From NCBI GenBank assembly GCA_000092065.1, contig CP000597.1: DNA of 64,000 nucleotides. One strand, 5' to 3'. Origin of the DNA: Ostreococcus lucimarinus. Taxonomy: Eukaryota. The notes under the pieces are model-generated. The model ran no database searches, was not told the DNA's origin, and worked only from the letters and a program-made list of their open reading frames with translations. Made by a program: the position numbers and the translations under genes. Shown here piece after piece: positions 58,341 through 64,000 of this stretch (its first letter is position 1; every line of letters begins with the position of its first letter).

Positions 58341-59180
58341 TTACTTCAAGAACGTGCACGTGATCCACATCGCGACAAAGCTGAACAACGCGAGTATCAG
58401 CTCCGGGGCCACACCCTGCGGGAACAGTGGGATGTACACCGGCACGATCGACCCCACGAGCCACGCGAGCAAAAGCGCGATGAGAGAGTCCCTAAAAGCC
58501 TTTCCGAGCGTTCCCTGACCCCCGCGCTTTTCGTTCAAAAAGTACACGCACGTCCCGAACGCGCACGCCATCTGAAACGCCGGTCCACTCGTCGCCGGCG
58601 CCGCGATCGCCCATCCAGATATGATCACATACAGCATCGTCCGTCTGATCAGCGTCTGTTGATCCGGTTTCGCGAACATCGCCTTCACCCGCTGCACCAA
58701 CGGCGCGTCGTAATCGACCCCATCCTTATTCTTCTCCTTCTTCATCTTCCTAAGTCCCTTCTGCATCTTCCGCGTCGACAGTCTCTCGGATATCACCTTA
58801 TCGTACGCCGCCTCGATCGCCTCCACCCCTCGTTCGTCTCCCGCGTGCTCGCGAATCAAGTAATTAAACGCGCTCGACACCTCCTCGCTCGTCGCGTCCG
58901 CGTCGATCCCTAACCTCTTGTACGGGTCCTTCTCCTTCGTCCGCGCGAACGCGTTCGTCGGCCGCTTCGCCGCCGCGCCTCGAGCGTCGCTCTCGGCGTC
59001 GCCGCGCGCGTCGAACCCGCCGTCGTCGGCGCTCGCGCCGTCCATCGCGGCGTCGGCGCGTCGGACGAGCGAATCGCGGCGTCGCGCGCCGCCTCGCGCC
59101 TCGGCGCCTCGGCGCGCGCTCGAGAGGCGCGCGCGCGCGCGAACGGCGACGCGCGGGCGCGCGACGACGACGCGCGACAT
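58341..59180 (-). CDS. J-like (DnaJ-like, no HPD) membrane protein, CPP1/CDF1-type (chaperone-like protein of POR), plastid-targeted.
   Basis: J-like domain DPYKRLGIDADATSEEVSSAFNYLIREHAGDERGVEAIEAAYDKV, with no HPD tripeptide. It is followed by 3-4 C-terminal TM helices (LYVIISGWAIAAPAT...; ACAFGTCVYFL; LIALLLAWLVGSIVPVYIPLF; LILALFSFVAMWI). R/A-rich transit-peptide-like N-terminus. Confidence 0.55.
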   Translation of the reverse strand: MSRVVVARPRVAVRARARLSSARRGAEARGGARRRDSLVRRADAAMDGASADDGGFDARGDAESDARGAAAKRPTNAFARTKEKDPYKRLGIDADATSEEVSSAFNYLIREHAGDERGVEAIEAAYDKVISERLSTRKMQKGLRKMKKEKNKDGVDYDAPLVQRVKAMFAKPDQQTLIRRTMLYVIISGWAIAAPATSGPAFQMACAFGTCVYFLNEKRGGQGTLGKAFRDSLIALLLAWLVGSIVPVYIPLFPQGVAPELILALFSFVAMWITCTFLK

Positions 59181-59566
59181 CGCGGCGCGCGCGCGTGGGA
59201 GTGCGCGCGCGCGAGCCCGGCGCGCGGCGCGAGGGCGCGCAAAGCCCTCGGAGTCCGTCCGTCGAGTCGTGAACGGTCAATCAGTCGATCGAGGGAAATC
59301 AGAGGAGGACCGAGACGACCGAGCGACGAAGAGAGACGAAGGAGAGATGAAGAAAGAAAGATTGTTATTCGCGAGAACGTCAGAGATGGCGTCGAAACGA
59401 CCGATGGCGATGGCGCGATGGCGCGACGACGATCGTCGACGCGAATCGCCGGCGGTTCCTCGCGGAACGGCGCGCGGAGGCGACGACGACGATCGTCGAC
59501 GCGGAATCGACGACGATGAATGAGATGTCTTGGTACAGCGACGGTGAGGCGAGAGGGCGTCGCCGT

Positions 59567-60394
59567 TTACGCGGTGATCGCCGTGGGCATGACGCGCTTA
59601 CCGATGGCGACGGCGTACTTGCCGCCGGCGACGGCGTACGGCGCGGCGACGTCGATGGCTTTGCTCACGACGGGCTGCGCCAACACGCGCTCGGCGACCG
59701 GGGTCGCCTTTTCGACGACCGCCACGACGCGCGGATTGGTGATGACCTGCTCCCACAACGACTTGACGCGAGCGAAGAGCTTATCGGAATCGAGAGCCGC
59801 GCGCGCTTGCGCGATGGCCATCTTCAACGCCGTCATCGCCTCCTCCGGGAGCTTCACCGCGCGCGTCTTCAATTCCTCGATCGCGTGCTCAACCTTGGAC
59901 AAGTACTCCGATCTCGCTTGTTTCAGCGCATCTAAGTTATCCGGATACTGTTCCTTCGCCTTGATCGCGTACGCGTACGCCGCGTTCGCCGTCTTCACCG
60001 GCGCCGAATTCTTCACGCGCGTCTCGTACGCCTCGTTCAGCACCTTCACCGCCCGGTCCACGTTCGCGTCCGCCTTCATCAGCGCCACCGGATACGTCTC
60101 ACACACCTTCTTCGCCACCGGTTGTCCGTAATGCGCGATCAAGCTTTCAATCTTGGTCAACGACCCTCGCAGCGCGGTCGCGTCTCGCGCCTTTTCGTAC
60201 GCCGCCGTCGCCCGCTTCGTCAACGCGTGCGTCTTCACGTACTCCAGCGACGTCTCCGTCGCGTTCACCACGAACGCCAACTGCTTCAATTCGTTCGTCG
60301 CGGTCGTCGTTTCGCCCTTTTCGACCACCGGGGCGACCGTTTTCGGCTTGGGCATCTTTTTAATCTTTTCCACGGACGGTTGCTCGAGGCTCAT
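59567..60394 (-). CDS. REF/SRPP-like (lipid-droplet/stress-related) protein; tentative.
   Basis: N-terminal LKQLAFVVNATETSLEYVKTHALTKRATAAYEKARD...LRGSLTKIESLIAHYGQPV is analogous to the REF/SRPP N-terminus (LKYLDFV.AAGVYAV.S.LY.YAKD.SGPLKPGV.TIE..V). Ala/Lys-rich amphipathic helices follow. Confidence 0.4.
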   Translation of the reverse strand: MSLEQPSVEKIKKMPKPKTVAPVVEKGETTTATNELKQLAFVVNATETSLEYVKTHALTKRATAAYEKARDATALRGSLTKIESLIAHYGQPVAKKVCETYPVALMKADANVDRAVKVLNEAYETRVKNSAPVKTANAAYAYAIKAKEQYPDNLDALKQARSEYLSKVEHAIEELKTRAVKLPEEAMTALKMAIAQARAALDSDKLFARVKSLWEQVITNPRVVAVVEKATPVAERVLAQPVVSKAIDVAAPYAVAGGKYAVAIGKRVMPTAITA

Positions 60395-60620
60395 CTTTTC
60401 GTGCGCGTCGTAAAACGTCTCCTCGGGCGCGTCGTCGCGGGCGTCGATCGTCGATCGTTTGATCGTTTTCGTCTGTGCGCGCGCGTCGCGCGATTCACGG
60501 AACGGAATCGTGACGGTGCGTCGCGATGTGATGCATCAGCGGCGCGCGCGGTGCCCTCTGCCAGCGCTGGCGCCGACGCGCGCGACGGAAGGCGAAAGCG
60601 GGACGTCGATTACAACAAGA

Positions 60621-61808
60621 TCAAGACGAGAAAGAGTCGAGGTAGCCGTGTAAAGAGGTGGCGCCGCCGGTGTGCAAGAAACAGACTCGATCGCCCGGTT
60701 TGAAGACGCCGCGCGCGCAATAGTCAATCAAACCGGCGCCGGCTTTGCCGCTGTAGACGGGATCGAGGAGGACGCCCTCCGTCGACGCGAAGAGCCTGAT
60801 GGCGTCGATGGTTTGCGAGGTCGGGATGCCGTAGCCGTCGCCGACGTAATTGGTGTCGGCGACGATCTTGGAACGCTCGATCGGACGGATGCCGAGCTCG
60901 GCGCACGTCGCGAGGGCGAGCGCGTGCACGTTGGCTTCTTGCGTCGGTTGCGGCGCGCGGACGCCGAACCCGAGCAAGGGAAGGGAAGAATCGACGGAGT
61001 GTAAGCCGACGGCGAGTCCCGCCTGCGTACCCGCGCTACCGGTGGCGTGCACGAGATGATCGAACTCGATATCCATCTCGCGCGCTTGATCCAAGAGCTC
61101 GTGCGCCGCGCGCACGTATCCCAAAGCGCCTCGCGGGCACGACCCGCCGCCTACGATGGTGTACACTTTCTCGCCTTTCGCGCGAAACTCGTCCGCCACG
61201 CGCTCAAGCTCTTCGTTCATGTTTAACCCCTGGTCACCCGGACGGTATTCTCGCGTCGCACCGAACAAATCATCCAACAAAACGTTCCCGTTTCGCGTGT
61301 AGTTTTCGTCCTCGCGTCCCGTCCGATCCTCGAGCAAGACGTGACACTTCAATCCCAATTTCGCACACGCCGCCGCGGTTTGCCGCGCGTGATTCGATTG
61401 CGTCGCCCCTTGCGTCATCACCATCGTCGCCCCCACGGCGAGGGCTTCGGCCATGAGATACTCCAGCTTTCGCGTCTTATTCCCTCCCGTCAGCACGCCG
61501 TACGCGTCGTCCCGCTTCGCGTACACTCGCACGCCGTTCAACTTCTCGCTCAATCGCGGCAAGTACTCCAACGGCGTCGGTCCGTGCGCGAACGATTCAA
61601 CTCTCGGAAACGCTTTCAACGCCTCGCGCGCGTTCACCGCCGACGTCGCGTCCAGCGCCGCGTCGTTCGCGATCGCGCGTCGTCGCGACGCTTCGGATCC
61701 TCGCGATGTCGACCGCATCGTCTTCGACGCCGCGCTTCGGCGTCCTCCTCGCGTCGTCGCCCCGAGCGCGGGCGCGCGCGTCTTCATCGTCTTCATCGTC
61801 GTCTTCAT
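60621..61808 (-). CDS. PLP-dependent D-cysteine desulfhydrase / ACC deaminase family enzyme, with an N-terminal targeting extension.
   Basis: ...[83 protein letters not shown]...[16 protein letters not shown]...[12 protein letters not shown]...DPVYSGKAG matches the ACCD/DCyD family. The PLP lysine lies in the GGNKTRKLE motif. Confidence 0.85.
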   Translation of the reverse strand: MKTTMKTMKTRAPALGATTRGGRRSAASKTMRSTSRGSEASRRRAIANDAALDATSAVNAREALKAFPRVESFAHGPTPLEYLPRLSEKLNGVRVYAKRDDAYGVLTGGNKTRKLEYLMAEALAVGATMVMTQGATQSNHARQTAAACAKLGLKCHVLLEDRTGREDENYTRNGNVLLDDLFGATREYRPGDQGLNMNEELERVADEFRAKGEKVYTIVGGGSCPRGALGYVRAAHELLDQAREMDIEFDHLVHATGSAGTQAGLAVGLHSVDSSLPLLGFGVRAPQPTQEANVHALALATCAELGIRPIERSKIVADTNYVGDGYGIPTSQTIDAIRLFASTEGVLLDPVYSGKAGAGLIDYCARGVFKPGDRVCFLHTGGATSLHGYLDSFSS

Positions 61809-62072
61809 TCGTCTCGCGCGTCGGTCGCGTCGCGCGCGCGCGCGTGTGCGCGGTCGGCACCCGCGCGTCGGCGTCGACGCCCAACCGTCGGCGACCGACC
61901 GATTTTATCCGATCCCGACGCGAACGACAGCGCATATACGAGACGACGCGACGCTTATGTGCGAAAAGCATACACGCGCCGCACACGGTACGGGATTTCA
62001 TACCGCGCGCGCCCGCGCGCGCGGCGCCGCGACGCGCGCGCGGCGCGACGCGACGCCTCGACGCCGACGGCG

Positions 62073-62615
62073 ATGGCGGCGACGGCGGCGACGACGACGA
62101 CGTCGATGAACGCGACGTCGGCGCGCTCGAGCGCGCGCGCGACGCGCGCGCGACGCGCGGATAAAACGACCGCGCGCGCGCGCCGACGCGCCGACGACGG
62201 CGACGACGACGGACGCGCGGCGACGACGACGACGCGCGCGGCGTGCGCGGCGATCGCGGCGATGGCGATGGCGTGCTCGAGCGCGCGGGCTTACGTCCCG
62301 GGATTCTTCGCGGCGAGCGCGGAGGCGAGCGAGACGACGACGACGACCTTCGCGGGGCGGTACGCCGACCCGAAACACCCGGGGTGCCTGCGAGAGATCT
62401 CGGCCGACGGCACGGTGCGAGGCGAAGACGGCGATCCGGGGTGCGGGAAGACGACGCGGACGCGGCCGTGGACCCTGAGCGGGGTGATCGACGTGAACGA
62501 CGACTCGATATTCATCGACTTTAGCCCGAAGGGCGGACCGGCGAACTTGCTCGGCGAACGCGTCGAGGGGGGGGTGAAATTTCCCGACGGTAACGTCTGG
62601 CGCAAGCTCGAGTGA
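62073..62615 (+). CDS. Hypothetical small secreted/targeted protein.
   Basis: Signal-like AACAAIAAMAMACSSARA, then a balanced C-terminal domain ...FAGRYADPKHPGCLREISADGTVRGEDGDPGCGKTTRTRPWTLSGVIDVNDDSIFIDFSPKGGPANLLGERVEGGVKFPDGNVWRKLE. The upstream part of ORF 61341.. is antisense to the desulfhydrase gene and is rejected. Confidence 0.35.
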   Translation: MAATAATTTTSMNATSARSSARATRARRADKTTARARRRADDGDDDGRAATTTTRAACAAIAAMAMACSSARAYVPGFFAASAEASETTTTTFAGRYADPKHPGCLREISADGTVRGEDGDPGCGKTTRTRPWTLSGVIDVNDDSIFIDFSPKGGPANLLGERVEGGVKFPDGNVWRKLE

Positions 62616-62815
62616 GGGCTCGGACGATCGGATTGGGACTCGGAACGACGCGCGCGCGCGTCGTTTTCGCGTCGTTCGCGCGTTCGTTGTCGCACATTTT
62701 TCTCGCTCGCGCGTCGTTCTTGTAATGCGCCGACGCGACGCCTCGCCGCGTAACGCGACGCTCGAACGACGCGCGTCGATACGCGAGTCGCGCGCCCGGA
62801 CGCGCGATCGCGAGT

Positions 62816-63205
62816 ATGGTCTTCTCCACCGTCGCGTCCGTCGCGAGGCGCGCGATGACGTCCGCGCTCGCCGGGACGTCGAAAACGGCGCCGAGTGCGA
62901 TCGCCGCCCCGTTCGCGCTCGCGAGCGCGAGCGCGCTCGCGAACGCGCGTCAGCCGTCGATCGCGACGCGGCCGATGATCACCATCCCAGTCGAGCGTGG
63001 GGACGCCGAACGGGCGTATAAACGACTGCGGAGGATCATGATGAGCGAAGGGATTTATAAAGATTTGCGCGCGAGCACCGAGGGGCATCGAAAGCCGTCG
63101 CAGTTGCGCGTGTTGGCGCGGAAAGAGCGCGAACGGCGGACGAAGCGGAGCAAGTTGAACTCTAAGCTCGGATGGATCATGCGTCAGAAGGAGCGTGGGT
63201 TTTAG
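62816..63205 (+). CDS. Organellar (mitochondrial-type) ribosomal protein bS21 with a presequence.
   Basis: ITIPVERGDAERAYKRLRRIMMSEGIYKDLRASTEGHRKPSQLRVLARKERERRTKRSKL matches the bS21 consensus (V.V...E..E.ALRRFKR.V...GI..ELR.R..YEKPS..RKRK...). Confidence 0.65.
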   Translation: MVFSTVASVARRAMTSALAGTSKTAPSAIAAPFALASASALANARQPSIATRPMITIPVERGDAERAYKRLRRIMMSEGIYKDLRASTEGHRKPSQLRVLARKERERRTKRSKLNSKLGWIMRQKERGF

Positions 63206-63366
63206 GAGGTTGGTCATCGTCGACGAAGCGGCGGCGGCGGCTTTGCGAGGTTTTACTTTAGCGTTAGAGTTGTTTTGTGACGACGGATGGTTCAGGATTG
63301 TGAATGAAAATAAGCGTCTGGGCAACAATTACACCACCAACTACACACGGTAAAGCTACATCGAAT

Positions 63367-63924
63367 CTAATCCTCGCACGCCGGGTCTTTCGCCATCTCG
63401 CTGCCCGGCGCGAAGAGCACCGCGCTCTTGTCCACGATGCCGACCAACAATCCCTCGAATCCACTCGTCTCTTTCTTCGTCGTGAACACGCTGGCGGATG
63501 AATTCTCGCTGATATCGTCCCCATCCGCGGCCATGGCGTCGCACTCATCGCTACAAGCGTCCGCACAGTACCCGTCGCTGCCGGGCGCGATGCGCAGGCA
63601 CTCCTTCACGCACTTGCTCTGACAAAACTGCGTGTCCGCCGCGGCCACGCTCGCGCCGACGTTCGTCGCCGAGACGGCGGCGAACACCATCGCCGACACG
63701 GCGAACGCAAATCGTCGCTCGCGCGCGGTATCGGTCGAGGCGGACGACCGGGACACGGCGGAGGGAGTCATCCTATCCACTCGAGAAGCGCGACTTTGGC
63801 GTTCGTTCGCTCGGCGCGGCGTCGCCGGGAGCGTCGGTCGGCGGGTGGTGTGGGCGAGCGTCATTACACACGCCGTGCTCGCGCGTTCAAGGGCGACGAA
63901 GGCGTCGGGAAGTGAGGTAAACAA
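63367..63924 (-). CDS. Hypothetical small Cys-rich secreted/lumenal protein.
   Basis: Signal-like RRFAFAVSAMVFAAVSATNVGASVAAA, then CQSKCVKECLRIAPGSDGYCADACSDECD (6 Cys in CxxxC spacing) and an acidic tail. Coding-like composition. No family recognised. Confidence 0.3.
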   Translation of the reverse strand: MFTSLPDAFVALERASTACVMTLAHTTRRPTLPATPRRANERQSRASRVDRMTPSAVSRSSASTDTARERRFAFAVSAMVFAAVSATNVGASVAAADTQFCQSKCVKECLRIAPGSDGYCADACSDECDAMAADGDDISENSSASVFTTKKETSGFEGLLVGIVDKSAVLFAPGSEMAKDPACED

Positions 63925-64000
63925 AATTTTGTTGTTGGAAGTTTACATGAGGTGTCCGAAGTATTAATTTCTAGAACTGTCGAGAGAGACGGACGCTCTC

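Overview
This is a very GC-rich (about 65-70 %), gene-dense stretch of eukaryotic nuclear DNA, not a prokaryotic or viral locus. Three genes (mitochondrial phosphate carrier, ATG5, a cyclin) are interrupted by short GT-AG introns that fall exactly inside conserved domains. Many products are typical nuclear-encoded organelle proteins: HCF244/Ycf39, plant-type heme oxygenase, a CPP1-like J-like protein, a protein with a twin-arginine signal, an EcfT/CbiQ-like permease, mitochondrial ACP, an SLC25A39-like carrier, and organellar ribosomal proteins uL23 and bS21. Core eukaryotic housekeeping genes are also present: RPA70, a DEAH-box helicase, JMJD6, LCMT1, ATG5, a UVRAG/Atg14-like protein, TRAPPC6, a RAD51 paralog, a cyclin. 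TGTAA motifs recur in the short AT-richer regions after 3' ends. All this fits a small green alga with few introns (Mamiellophyceae, Micromonas-like); that assignment is an inference, not a search result.

I support about 44 protein-coding genes, packed closely on both strands, several as head-to-head pairs with start codons 10-100 bp apart. Because of the GC content, all six frames carry long Arg/Ala/Ser-rich ORFs, and most of the ORF track is antisense noise. Real genes were picked by recognisable domains, amino-acid composition and neighbour consistency. The ORF track also labels non-ATG (GTG) starts as M. 5' ends are therefore uncertain, and several real N-termini are R/A-rich targeting-peptide-like extensions.

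The hunt turned up five things not explained by the gene calls:
- An interspersed ~130-bp repeat family sits at two loci (27926-28132 and 41550-41772), each as about 1.6 tandem copies, in promoter-proximal intergenic DNA. It could be an introner-like or MITE-like element or a shared regulatory module.
- Three further unusual non-coding structures: a 4-unit degenerate ~45-bp tandem array (47668-47835), a GGGGTC palindrome/direct-repeat element (38831-38900), and a (GAC)8...(GTC)11 inverted repeat able to form a cruciform (33901-33975).
- Several uncharacterised proteins stand out: a type-II membrane protein with two Cys-rich ectodomain repeats, an alpha/beta hydrolase fused to an ER-rich coiled-coil tail, a protein with a zf-GRF-like metal-binding motif, and an 850-aa coiled-coil protein.
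- A coding-like minus-strand segment (46847-47158) has no in-frame start and may be a terminal exon of an unannotated small gene.
- No CRISPR array, prokaryotic operon, tRNA or rRNA gene was recognised by eye. I see no obvious self-contained new biological system; the most novel content is the repeat family and the uncharacterised membrane and coiled-coil proteins.
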